From an uncultured Planctomycetaceae bacterium (GTDB lineage Bacteria > Planctomycetota > Planctomycetia > Isosphaerales > Isosphaeraceae), in NCBI GenBank assembly GCA_963833985.1, contig CAWIAD010000002.1, forward strand, positions 1,504,001 to 1,568,000: 64,000 bases of DNA, read 5' to 3'. The position numbers and the translations under genes are program-made. Below the pieces are notes generated by a model. It searched no databases. It saw nothing but the letters and a program-made list of their open reading frames with translations, and was not told the origin of the DNA. Shown here piece by piece: positions 53,224 through 63,383 of the stretch (position 1 is its first letter; every line of letters starts with the position of its first letter).

Positions 53224-54048
53224 ATGGGGGCAATTCATCTGGGAATCAATCTCGAATTCGTACGCCATGAGGACAAGCCGTTCGAGTGGGGCGTCCGCAT
53301 GGCGGCCGAGCTCGGCTTCACGCACGTCGAACCGATGGTCCACCTGGGACGCGAGCTCCTGAGCGAGGCCGGCTACTTCCACAGCGTCTCCATGCTGGAC
53401 GATCCCCTGCGCATCCGGCGCGCCTGCGAGAACCACGGGCTGAAGCTCTCCGGCCTCTCCGCGCACGCGCCACTCTGCAAGCCAGATATCAGTGTTGATT
53501 ACCTCAAGCAGGCGATCCGCTTCGCCGCGGAATGCGGGGCACCCCTCATCAACACCGACGAGGGCCCCAAGCCCTCGTGGACCACAATTGAAGAGGACCA
53601 TGCGCTGATGCGCTACACGCTCCAGGAGGCGGTCCTGGTGGCGGAGCCGCGCGGCATCAAGATTGGCCTGGAGCCGCACCAGCAGTACAGTCAGCATCCT
53701 GCGGGACTGGACCGGATCTACTCTCTGGTGCGGAGCCCGGCCCTGGGCATCAACTTCGACACCGGCAACGCCTACCTCTGCGGCGAGGATCCTTACTCCT
53801 GGCTGGAGAGCGTGGCCGGTCGCCTGGTGCACCTGCACGCCAAGGACATCTCGCCGCAGCAATCGAGCGCCGATCGAGGCAAGGTGACGGGAACCCCCGT
53901 CGGCTGTGCCTGCGGCGATGGCGTCATTGACTGGGAGCGCGTTGTCGCCATCTGCCGCAAGGCCCCACGCGATATCGTCTTCTCCGTGGAGTGCGGAACG
54001 GTGGAGCAAGCGGAGCGCTCGTCCAAACACCTGGCCACCCTGGTCTGA
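53224..54048 (+). CDS. Sugar phosphate isomerase/epimerase (TIM barrel)
   Basis: GLEPH, INFDTGN, HLHAKD, FSVEC. Confidence 0.88.
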   Translation: MGAIHLGINLEFVRHEDKPFEWGVRMAAELGFTHVEPMVHLGRELLSEAGYFHSVSMLDDPLRIRRACENHGLKLSGLSAHAPLCKPDISVDYLKQAIRFAAECGAPLINTDEGPKPSWTTIEEDHALMRYTLQEAVLVAEPRGIKIGLEPHQQYSQHPAGLDRIYSLVRSPALGINFDTGNAYLCGEDPYSWLESVAGRLVHLHAKDISPQQSSADRGKVTGTPVGCACGDGVIDWERVVAICRKAPRDIVFSVECGTVEQAERSSKHLATLV

Positions 54049-54064
54049 AGTGTTCAGGCCCGCG

Positions 54065-55538
54065 TCAACTCCCGGGAAATCGCATGTGCTCCGCGAAGCA
54101 GTCCTGAAAGCGCGTGTCGGAGGCAAGCTCGACGTGCTCGGCGGCGGCCAGGATGCCGTCGAGTATGGGCTGGCGACGTGAGCCTGCCAGCAGGAGCATG
54201 CGGGCGCCTCGCAGCGCCGTGTTGCCGGCGGCCGAGGGGTGGTCCGCCCAGGAGGGGAGCAAGCCGATCCCGCGGGCGCTCTGGCCCCGGATGTAATTGC
54301 CGAAGGCCCCGGCAAGGTGGATGCGCGCCGAGGCGACCTTCCGGCCGTCCAGCAGCAGCGCCAGACCGGCGGCCACGGCCCCCTTGGCCAGTTGCAGCTC
54401 GCGGATATCGGCCTGCGACAGGGCCACGGGCCCGGCCAGGGGAAGGGACGACCGGCCCGCGCTCAGGCGTCCGCTCGCCGCGATCCAGCCCAGCTCGAGC
54501 GCCGCGGCTGCCGCGTCGACCAGTCCGCTGCCGCAAAGCCCGCGCGGCGGGCCGCCGCCGATCACGGAGCAAACCAGCGCCTCCATCCACGATCGAGACC
54601 CCGTCGATCGCTCCCGCACCGGCTCGCATGCCACGGCCGATCCGGCCTCCCTCGAAGGCCGGTCCCGCCGCCGTCGAGGCGCAGCGGATCCGGTCCTTGT
54701 TTCCGACCGCGATCTCGCCGTTGGTGCCCAGGTCAAGCAGCACGCTTGGCTCGGCAGCATCGTGCAGGCCCGTCGCCACCAGCCCCGTCAGGACGTCGCT
54801 GCCCACGAACCCTCCCAGGCAGGGCAGGAAGCACGCCGACCGGACGAGCTTCAGCTCCCAGCCCAGCTCGCGTGCCTGGAAGAACCCGGGCCCGAGCACC
54901 AGCGGCCGGAAGGGGACGGCAGCCAGCGGCTCGACGGAGAGGCCGCAGAAGAAGTGGTGCATCGCCGTGTTGCCGACAAGGAAGACGTCTTCCAGGGGCT
55001 GCTCCGCGGCGAGCCTGCGCAGCATGCCGCCGACGGTGCCGCGAATCAAGGCCGTCATGACCCCCGGCTCGGCGAGGTCATGATGAATCCGGCTCATCAG
55101 GTCGGCACCGAAGCGGGCCTGGGGGTTGAGCGCTGTCTCGTGCTTGAGCACCACGCCCGTGCGGCGATCGACCACCTGGACGACCAGGGTGGTCGTGCCA
55201 ACGTCGACCACGGCGCCCAGGCCTTCGGCCGGCTCGAAAGGCACCGGAGCGAGGTCGTCGAGCACGCGCAGCGACCATTGCGCGATCTCGAGCGTGACCG
55301 GCGAGCGTGCCTCGGCCAGGCAGCCCAGCCTCCAGCCGGCCTCGATCTCGGCAGGAGAGAGCGCGGCACGCATCTCCTCGGTGGCGGGCACGTCGCCATC
55401 CAGGACGCGGACCTTGCAGCCTCCGCATTGCGAGATCCCTCCGCAGGGAAATTCGACGCCGCGTTCGAAGAGCAGGTCACGCAGCGACCGCTCGTCGGTC
55501 GGCTCGAGCCGGAGCAGTTCCGATGCAGCGATGGTCAC
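54065..55538 (-). CDS. Reductive activator of corrinoid proteins (RACo; 2Fe-2S + ASKHA ATPase), frameshifted near 54582
   Basis: CGGISQCGGC...RLGC, VDVGTTT, NPQARFGADLMSRI, DLGTNGEI, AAGPAFEG. Second frame: GLCGSG, DIRELQLAKGA, LAGAFGN. Confidence 0.9.
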
Positions 55539-56546
55539 GGACGATGACTCTGCGCGAATTCCTTGAAGGCGTTGAGGTTTTCCGTGGGCGTGCCGCGCGG
55601 CACCTCGCACCCTGCGCCGACGATGTACTGCGGGCCAGCGTCCTCGTAGCAGGCCTCCAGGGCGCGCGTGACGCTTTCGGGGGTGCCGTCGCGAACGGCA
55701 CGCACGGGGTCGAGATTTCCCAGCAGCACCTGCCGCGGACCCATGGCCGCCCGCGCTTCCGCCACCGGACTGGGGAAATCGAGATCCACGATGTCCGCGC
55801 CCACGGCGCCCATGCCGCCGAGGATCTTCCGGGTGTTGCCGCAGATGTGCAGCCGGACGCGTGCGCCGGCGGCCTTGATCGCGGCGACCAGTTCCTGCTC
55901 ATACGGCAGCACGAACTTTTCATAGAGTCTTGGCCCGATCAACGACGCCGCGGCGTCGCCGATGCCGATGATGTCGGCGCCCGCCTCGACCTGGCGCTGC
56001 GCGAAGGCGGTCTCCATGGCGACCACGAACTTGAAGAGCCGGTGCACGAACACCGGGTCGTCGTGAAAATCGAGCATGAGCGTATTCATGCCCCTGAGGT
56101 CTGCGCCGATGGCGCAGGGGCCTTCCACCCATCCCTCGACGATGAGCGTACCGGCCGTGCGCTGTTTCAGCATTGCCACCGCGTCGATGCGGTCGCGCAT
56201 GCGTCCTCCCCTCGTCATGAGAGGGATCTCAAGCTTCTCCAGCCGCTCCTTCTCTTGCAGCAGGGCCCGGCTCTCGACGATCGCCGGCGGCTGGTGCTCG
56301 AACCACTCGACGGCACCACCGAGGTCGCTGACCTCGCGCCGGGTCCGAGATCGCCGACACATAATCGAGTCCGTACGTTCCGGCCACCCGCACCTGGGCT
56401 TCGGCCAGCACGCGGTGGTCGGCGGCATAGCCGCGATAGGGAACACCCGCCAGGTCGGCCGCGAACATCATGGTGATGGGCATCAGCGGGAGATGGTCGA
56501 CAGCCCGGCCCTCGATCATGGCCAGCACGCGTTCCTTGCCGTTCAT
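55535..56546 (-). CDS. URO-D superfamily corrinoid methyltransferase (MtaA/CmuA-like), frameshifted near 56335
   Basis: MNGKERVLA...VDHLP, GDAAASLI, LHICGNT, GNLDP, GAGCEVP (HxC...C Zn ligands). Confidence 0.88.
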
Positions 56547-57286
56547 GGCGAGCTCCTTTCCGCCGCGATGATCCCCTGGCCTGGCCGGGCAACGATCCGC
56601 TGGCCGGGTGGGACGATCAGGAAGCGTTCGGCGTCCCAGTCGCCTGCCAGAAGCTCCCGGAACAGGCTGAGATCGCCGCGTACTTTTTCGAACCGCCAGC
56701 CCTTCTCGGCGGCTTCTGCGCGCGCCTGGACTTCAAAGCGGCCGTCCGGCTCGATGCCCGTCTCGATGAAGGTTAATTGCTGGTAGGCCTGCTGGTAGCG
56801 CGTCAGCTCATCGTACAGGAAGCGGCCGTTCTCCTCGCCGTAGCGATCGATGAGCGCCTCGCGGGTGTAGCCCATGCCGGTCTGCGTGCGCGCCAGGGGC
56901 TCGATATCCGCGCCGCGCTCGACCCAGCCGGTCGAGCGATAGTAGGCTCCCGGATGATCGTGAAAGTACTGCTCGAACGCGCCGGTGCTGCCCATCAGGA
57001 GCGTGATGCAGTCATGAGCCCGCGGCACGACGAGGGGGATCGACCGCGCTTCCAGCCCGGCCAGGCCGTTGCCGCACAGGCCGTAGCCCAGGGCGACCGC
57101 GTCATACCTCTCGGTGCCCAGCTCGGTCTCGTCGATGGCCGCCTGGATCCCGCCGCGCATCGTCCGCGCACCGCGGTCGTGCAGGCCCTTGGAGAGGAAG
57201 CGCGCGTCGATCACGTGCGGCGAGCGGATGACGGCGTCGCACAGTTCCCGGATGATCACCTCGCAGCCGATCAGGAGGATACGCAT
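56543..57286 (-). CDS. DUF1638 domain-containing protein
   Basis: IGCEVI, KGLHD, LGYGLCGNGL, VPRAHDCITLLMG. Confidence 0.85.
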   Translation of the reverse strand: MRILLIGCEVIIRELCDAVIRSPHVIDARFLSKGLHDRGARTMRGGIQAAIDETELGTERYDAVALGYGLCGNGLAGLEARSIPLVVPRAHDCITLLMGSTGAFEQYFHDHPGAYYRSTGWVERGADIEPLARTQTGMGYTREALIDRYGEENGRFLYDELTRYQQAYQQLTFIETGIEPDGRFEVQARAEAAEKGWRFEKVRGDLSLFRELLAGDWDAERFLIVPPGQRIVARPGQGIIAAERSSP

Positions 57287-58155
57287 GATGCCGCGTCTCC
57301 CAGCGCGCGAACGAACTCCGGGCCTGTACCGCAGCAACCGCCCAGAAACGAAGCACCGGCCTCCACGAGCACCCGGAGATGGCTCGCGAAGACGCCCGGT
57401 GTCATGGTGTAGACCGCGTGGCCGGCCTCGAGCGTTGGCAGGCCCGCGTTCGGCTTGATCCACACGGGCAGGCCGGAACTCTCCCTGAGCCGCCGGCAGA
57501 TCGCTGGGAACGCATCAGGCCCTGCGCCGCAGTTCGCCCCGACGGCATCCGCACCGGCCTCGGCCATGGCGCGTCCGGCCTGCTCCGGCGTCACGCCCAT
57601 CATGGTGCGATCTTTGGCCTTGCCGCTGTCGAACGCGAACGAGACGACGATCGGCAGCCCGGTGGACTGCGACGCGCGGAGGGCCAGGCGCGCTTCGTCC
57701 ACGTCGCTGAAGGTTTCCAGCAAGAGCGCGTCCACGCCTCCGGACGCCAGTGCCTGGGCCTGAAGCTGGAACGCGGCGAGCACCGCGGCCTCGTCGATCT
57801 CGCTGGTGGCCAGCACCTTGCCGGTTGGCCCCATCGAGCCGAAGACGCGCACCTTGTTTCCCGCGGCCTTGCGCGACAGCTCGGCCCCGCGCCGGTTGAT
57901 GGCCACGGCCTGCTCGTCCCGCCCGAGAGCCCCCAGCGCCACAGGGTTGCCCCGGAACGTGTTCGTGAGGATCACCTGGCTGCCGGCCTCCACATAAGAC
58001 CGCGCCACGGCCTCGACCGCCTCCGGCCGGCTCAGGTTCCAGACGTCGGCCGGCTCGCCGATCGGTAGCCCGCGTTTCTGGAACTCTGTACCCCAGGCGC
58101 CGTCGGTGATGACGGGAGCTGTCCCGAACAGTGGCAATAGCCGGCTCAATTCCAT
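57271..58155 (-). CDS. Homocysteine S-methyltransferase domain protein (stand-alone MetH N-terminal module)
   Basis: DGAWGT, TNTF, GSMGPTG, GANCG, KPNAGLP, GGCCGT. Confidence 0.92.
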   Translation of the reverse strand: MELSRLLPLFGTAPVITDGAWGTEFQKRGLPIGEPADVWNLSRPEAVEAVARSYVEAGSQVILTNTFRGNPVALGALGRDEQAVAINRRGAELSRKAAGNKVRVFGSMGPTGKVLATSEIDEAAVLAAFQLQAQALASGGVDALLLETFSDVDEARLALRASQSTGLPIVVSFAFDSGKAKDRTMMGVTPEQAGRAMAEAGADAVGANCGAGPDAFPAICRRLRESSGLPVWIKPNAGLPTLEAGHAVYTMTPGVFASHLRVLVEAGASFLGGCCGTGPEFVRALGDAASCVSS

Positions 58156-58242
58156 CTCCTTACGTCACGCGGGAAGTCCTGTTGCCGCTGGATGACGGCG
58201 GCGCTATGGAGGTCTGGAGCGGTTTTCACTCGGATCGAAGAT

Positions 58243-58360
58243 TGAGACCGGGGGGCAGGCATTCCTGCCTGCCGGAGCAGGCCTGTCCTGGCAGACAGGA
58301 ATGTCTGCCCCCCTTCCAAGATCTCAGAAAGTGCCTGCAACCCATCAGAAAACCGCTCTG
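58243..58360 (+). repeat. Dispersed REP-doublet/MITE-like element, copy 3 (inside the corrinoid operon)
   Basis: GGGGGGCAGGCATTCCTGCCTGCC...GGCAGACAGGAATGTCTGCCCCCC hairpin plus CTGCAACCCATCAGAAAACCGCTCTG tail. Confidence 0.85.
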
Positions 58361-58406
58361 ATTGTGTGTCCTCTCAGGCATCCTCCGGACGGCAGACCTC
58401 TGCCGT

Positions 58407-59456
58407 TCATCCTCCCATCGCCTCCACCTTTTTCCAGATCGAATCGCTCGCACCGGGGACATGCAGGACATCGCATTCGGTTCCCAGAATATGGGCGTGG
58501 CCGCACGCGCTCATGGCTTGCGTCAGCTCATCGCAGCGCCGGCGCACCTCTTCCACGGGCATGTCGCCGTCGGAGTAGAACGACTTCGACGGGAGGTTGC
58601 CGTAGAGCACCACCGAGTCGGGCACGAGGGCCGCATCCTCCCAGAGCTTGCGGCTGCTGCCCAGGCTGAGCATCGCCGGCTCGAGGCGGTGTGCGAATTC
58701 CTGGACCATCCCGCCAGTCAGCTCACCGCAGTTGTGGAAGATGAGCGCGCAATCCGCGGCACGCAGCATCTGGACCACGCGTGCGTTCGGCTCGATCACC
58801 AGCCGCTCGAAGATCGGCGAGCCGGCCCTGATCTGGCGCGGCGAGAGGAAAGCCGTGCTCGCCGCGGGCTCGCAGACGAGCAGGGCACGCGCCCCATGCG
58901 CGATCTGGCGCCGTGCCGAGGACATGACGATGGCCTCCGCGGCGTCCAGGCAATCGCACAGCAGTTGCACCTGCGAATCAACCTCCGGCGCGGACCCCGA
59001 GCCCAGGAGGGCCACGGCGGTGATCGGGTCGGCCATCAGCTTCGTCGCCAGAGAGAACGGACCGATCGTCATGCCGATCGGCATCATGCCGGTCTTGCCG
59101 GAGAGGTATTGCAGGGCCAGATCACGCGCGGCACTCCCCGGGCAGCGCGGTGCGTCGCCGTGGTGCAGTGCCTCCCTGGTGGGAGTATCGAAGGGTTCGG
59201 GAAAGTGAAACCGATCCGCGGCGCTCTCGTCTACTCCCAGCCTGGCCAGCAGATCGGCCTTCTCGAGGCGCAGATCCATGAGCGGGAAGGCCAGCGCAGT
59301 GCCCCACTGCCGCGCGTTGCGTTCCACGACCTGGCCAAGCCGCCGGCCGTCGCACCGCGCGGCTTCCGGATCTGGCTCCTGATGCAGCACCAGGTCGGTG
59401 GTCATCGGAACTCGCGGGCGTGCGCGGGCGAGTTCAAGAAACGTCGCGCTGGACAT
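58407..59456 (-). CDS. URO-D superfamily corrinoid methyltransferase-like protein
   Basis: IGPFSLA, CEPAAS, FHNCG, YGNLP, ILGTECD. Confidence 0.82.
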   Translation of the reverse strand: MSSATFLELARARPRVPMTTDLVLHQEPDPEAARCDGRRLGQVVERNARQWGTALAFPLMDLRLEKADLLARLGVDESAADRFHFPEPFDTPTREALHHGDAPRCPGSAARDLALQYLSGKTGMMPIGMTIGPFSLATKLMADPITAVALLGSGSAPEVDSQVQLLCDCLDAAEAIVMSSARRQIAHGARALLVCEPAASTAFLSPRQIRAGSPIFERLVIEPNARVVQMLRAADCALIFHNCGELTGGMVQEFAHRLEPAMLSLGSSRKLWEDAALVPDSVVLYGNLPSKSFYSDGDMPVEEVRRRCDELTQAMSACGHAHILGTECDVLHVPGASDSIWKKVEAMGG

Positions 59457-59489
59457 GATGGCCTGCCTGTCTCGCGTGGCCTGATTAGT

Positions 59490-60126
59490 CTAGCCGACGC
59501 CGCACATCCGCCGCGCCAGGGCGACCGCGTTGCTGGCGCTCTCGCCATAGCCGTCGGCACCGATCTCGCTGGCGTACTGCTGGGTGACCGGCGCGCCACC
59601 CACGAGCACCTTCACCCGGTCGCGCACGCCCGCTTGCTTGAGCGCCTCGATCGTGCTCTTCATGGAAGGCATGGTGACCGTGAGCAAGGCTGAGAGGCAG
59701 ACGATCTGGACGCCCTGCTCGCGCACGGCCTCGATGAACTTCTCGGGCGGCACGTCGGCGCCGAGGTCGATCACTTCGAAACCGCCCCCTTCCAGAAGCG
59801 AGGCCACCAGGTTCTTGCCGATATCGTGCAAATCTCCCTTCACGGTGCCGATGGCGACGGTCCCCGTGGGCTTCGCCCCGCTCGGCCAGGAGCGGGCGCA
59901 GCAGTTGCAGAGAGCCCTTCATCGCCCGTGCGGCGAGCAGCAGCTCGGGCACGAAGTACTCTTCTTCCTCGTAGCGTTTGCCCACCTCGTCCATCGCCGG
60001 CACCATGGTGCCCGAGATCAACGCGAGCGGGTCCATGTTCTCGGCAATCGCCTCTCGGGTCACCTCGACGGCCGTCCTGGCGTCGCCGTTCAAAACCGCG
60101 TCATAGAGCTTTTTCAGATCGGCCAT
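59490..60126 (-). CDS. Corrinoid (B12-binding) protein, frameshifted near 59875
   Basis: Cap domain (AMDEVGKRYEEEEYFVPELL) and, in another frame, KGDLHDIGKNLV (DxHxxG), SALLT, GGAPV. Confidence 0.92.
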
Positions 60127-60154
60127 GGGCTGCACCTCATCTTCGGAACTGGCG

Positions 60155-61442
60155 TCAATGGCGACCGTTGAATTCGCGCACGGCGTCGAACATCGCCACG
60201 ATATTCGCCGTCGGCGTACCGGCCTGAATGTTATGGATGGTGTTGAAGATGAAACCCCCGCCCGGCGCGAAGATCTCGCAGCGCCGGAGCACCTGCTCGC
60301 GAACCTCTGCCGGCGTTCCGAACGGCAAGGTCTGCTGGGTGTCCACGCCACCACCCCAGAAGGTCAACCTGCTGCCGTACTCCTGCTTGAGCCCCTCCGG
60401 CTCCATTCCCGCGGCCGAGCACTGAACGGGGTTGACGATCTCGAAGCCCGCCTCGACGAACGATTCATAGAACCGCTTCACCGATCCGCATGAGTGCTTG
60501 AAGCAGCGCCAGGTCGTTTTGGCGTGGATCCAGCCGCAGATCCGCTTGTAATAAGGGAGCCAGAGCTCACGAAACGTAGGCACCGAGCAGAAGGCCGAGG
60601 TCTGGGTGCCGAAGTCGGTGCCACAGAGGAAGACGGCATCGATCGCATTGCCGATCGCCGAGTGCACCTGCGCCAGGTTCTGTACGCGCGATCTCGGTTT
60701 GCCGTTCGTAGATCTGGTGGATGTAGTCGCGCCGGCTCTTGAGCGACATGTACCACTCACCGATATCGCGAATGCCGCGTGGGTCCTTGAGGAACGGCGC
60801 AGGCACCAGCGCGATATCGCCCAGCGCCGTGCCGCCGAAGCTGGCGATCACGGCCCGGCCGGACTGGCAAGCACGATCGACGTCGGCCTTGATGGCGGCC
60901 AGGTCGTTCTCGTTCAGAAGCTGGAATTCCTCCAGGTTGTCCTCGACGTTCAGGTTCTCGTCGTCCAGGGGGGGCTGCCGGATGATCGCGTCAAAGAAGT
61001 GAAATCCTCGGGGCATGCGCCCGCTTGGCCCGGCCGTCAGATCGCCCTGCGGATAGATCAGGATATCGCCATTTTCGCCGACCGTGGTGCGGAACATGCC
61101 GGGAACGAGCACTTCCAGGCCGTTGAAATCCCAGGTCTTCCAGTCCCTGTTCTCGAAACCGAACATGGTCCGCCGGCGGAACACGCCCTCGACGTCGATG
61201 CCCAGTACGTCTTTCAGATCATCGTCGATCATCCCGAGCATCTGGAACGGCTCATGAACCTTCACGGGCCGCTTTTCCAGGCCATAATGATCGCGGAGCG
61301 CCGCGACGCAACTGACGTGGATGCCCGTCACCGAAGTGCCGCCGAAGTCGATGGGGACCTGGTCCGGCTGCGTGTGTGCCAGCGCGTCGAGCACGCGTTG
61401 CCGGCTCGCAGAGAGTCTGGGTTCCGCCTGAAGTGTCGTCAT
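60155..61442 (-). CDS. URO-D superfamily corrinoid methyltransferase, frameshifted near 60687
   Basis: SRQRVLDALAHTQPDQVPIDFG; second frame GTDFGTQ, FKHSCGS, NPVQ, FWGGGVDTQ, FNTIHNIQ. Confidence 0.88.
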
Positions 61443-61752
61443 GGTGCTAACCCTCATCGGTTAGAGGCAGTGACTTCAAGCCTAGCCGTGCCCGCACAGC
61501 GGGTCAACGAGATGGAGCGCCAAGCGGGTGGATCCGACCAGGACGGATCCCGCCAGGGGCCGGATGCTGGTGCTCAACGACTTCTTTTGATTCAGTGCTT
61601 CCGCCCGCAGCGATTCCGAGCCATCAGGCCGTGGGGCCAGCGACGGCGCAGGCCCGCCAGACGCTATCCGGTGACGTCGAAGGCCCCTACCTGGTGGAGT
61701 CGGCCGGCCACCTGAATCCGGATCCTCTCTTCGACGGCACCCTGGCACTGAG

Positions 61753-62361
61753 TGGTGGGCCTCATTTCATTCGACCCACCCTACCTGTAGATCCGAAGCG
61801 CATTTCGGTGCTGCGGGCCCGTATGGTGGGCCTCATTTCATTCGACCCACCCTACCTGTAGATCCGAAGCGCATTTCGGTGCTGCGGGCCCGTATGGTGG
61901 GCCTCATTTCATTCGACCCACCCTACCTGTGGATCTGACTCGTATTCTGTTGACGTGGTATGGTATGGTGGGCCTCATTTCATTCGACCCACCCTACCTG
62001 TGGATCTGACGTGCATTCCGGTGCTGCGGGCCCGTAGAGGCTGCTGAGTGGTGGGCCTCATTTCATTCGACCCACCCTACCTGTGGATCTGACTCGTATT
62101 CCGTTGACGTGGTATGGTATGGTGGGCCTCATTTCATTCGACCCACCCTACCTGTAGATCCGAAGCGCATTTCGGTGCTGCGGGCCCGTATGGTGGGCCT
62201 CATTTCATTCGACCCACCCTACCTGTGGATCTGACTCGTATTCCGTTGACGTGGTATGGTATGGTGGGCCTCATTTCATTCGACCCACCCTACCTGTGGA
62301 TCTGAATTGTATTCTGTTGAGGTGGTATCGTAGGGTGGGTCGAGCGCAGCGAGGCCCACCA
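61753..62361. repeat. Tandem REP array: 8 direct copies (period 71 bp) plus one terminal inverted REP
   Basis: TGGTGGGCCTCATTTCATTCGACCCACCCTACCTGT(A/G)GATC at 61753, 61824, 61895, 61966, 62049, 62120, 62191, 62262; inverted GTAGGGTGGGTCGAGCGCAGCGAGGCCCACCA at 62330-62361. Confidence 0.95.
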
Positions 62362-62377
62362 GAGGCGGTGTCGCGGA

Positions 62378-62929
62378 TCATTCCCATCCTGGACCGGTGG
62401 CATCGGGGCAGGGGTCGTGGCCGCCCCAGTCCGGATCGTATTCGCCTTCCTTCACGAACCGATGAAACGTGGACCAGGGATAATCCGTGACCCGCTTGAC
62501 GAGCCCGTGCTTCACCGGGTTCCAGTGAACATAATCCACGCAACGCTTCAGATCATCCTCGTCCCGGCAGGCATGCTCCCAGTAGCGACGTTGCCAGATG
62601 CCGCGTTCCCGATGCCGCATGCGTGACTCAGACACCAGTGCTTCCTCGCCACCAGAGGCCAGGGACAATCGGCTGAACTGCTCCTTGATCTGCGCCCACC
62701 GGAGAGGGTATCTCTCATCTCCTGGAGGCAAGGCCCAGACCGTATGGAGGTGATCGGGCAAGAGCACGATGGCGAGCAAGCCGAACGGCTGTTTCTTTCT
62801 GACCGTCCGGATCGCGGTGCGCAGGCAGGCCCGAGCCGTGTCCGTGGTCAAGATCGGCCGGCGATCCTGCGTGACAACGGTGAAAAAGTACGTTCCGCCA
62901 GGGATGAAGAGCCGGCGGTACTCGGGCAT
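62378..62929 (-). CDS. rayT: REP-associated tyrosine transposase (RAYT/TnpA-REP)
   Basis: GGTYFFTVV, LPDHLH (HUH), IWQRRYWEH, DYVHWNPVKHG; flanked by REPs on both sides. Confidence 0.95.
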   Translation of the reverse strand: MPEYRRLFIPGGTYFFTVVTQDRRPILTTDTARACLRTAIRTVRKKQPFGLLAIVLLPDHLHTVWALPPGDERYPLRWAQIKEQFSRLSLASGGEEALVSESRMRHRERGIWQRRYWEHACRDEDDLKRCVDYVHWNPVKHGLVKRVTDYPWSTFHRFVKEGEYDPDWGGHDPCPDATGPGWE

Positions 62930-62949
62930 GCTCGTTGTCGCGAAAGGAA

Positions 62950-63063
62950 TGGTGGGCCTCGCTTTGCTCGACCCACCCTACAATAGCGAAACTACCGGAC
63001 CATATGCAAAGCATCGATGAGATCCAAAGTTCGGTAGGGTGGGTCGAGCGTAGCGAGGCCCAC
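62950..63063. repeat. Inverted REP doublet (REPIN) on the 5' side of RAYT
   Basis: TGGTGGGCCTCGCTTTGCTCGACCCACCCTAC (62950-62981) and GTAGGGTGGGTCGAGCGTAGCGAGGCCCAC (63034-63063). Confidence 0.92.
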
Positions 63064-63383
63064 ACACAGAACGGTTCGCGACGCGTTTCTTGCAGCGCGG
63101 GCTTGCGATCGAGGAACCTTGGGGTGGTGAATGGGCTCCCCGCAGTCCGAACCTGGGCCGCCCTGGAGGTCCAGCGACAATTCTCGTTCCGCGCGACCGA
63201 CTTCCGGACCGGCCAGGCGCCGGCTATGATCGAGCCGAGCGGAAGACGCGGCAAGCGCGGATAGAATTTGAGAGCCAGTTCGTGGACACCATCCTGACGC
63301 TCACCGGCGATCGGCGATCGCTTCAAAACCGTCACCTTCTTGTCCTTGCAACCTCGCTCATACTGATGGCAACGCGAGCGGTC

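Noticed and set aside
61443..61752. Cobalamin riboswitch upstream of the corrinoid operon
   Set aside because: I could not find the B12-box or GGGAA/GCCACTG core motifs on the minus strand by eye. An Rfam/Infernal scan would be decisive.
61753..62329. CRISPR array
   Set aside because: Spacers are repeated (two types) rather than unique, the repeat is a GTAG REP with inverted copies flanking a RAYT gene, and no cas genes are in the window.
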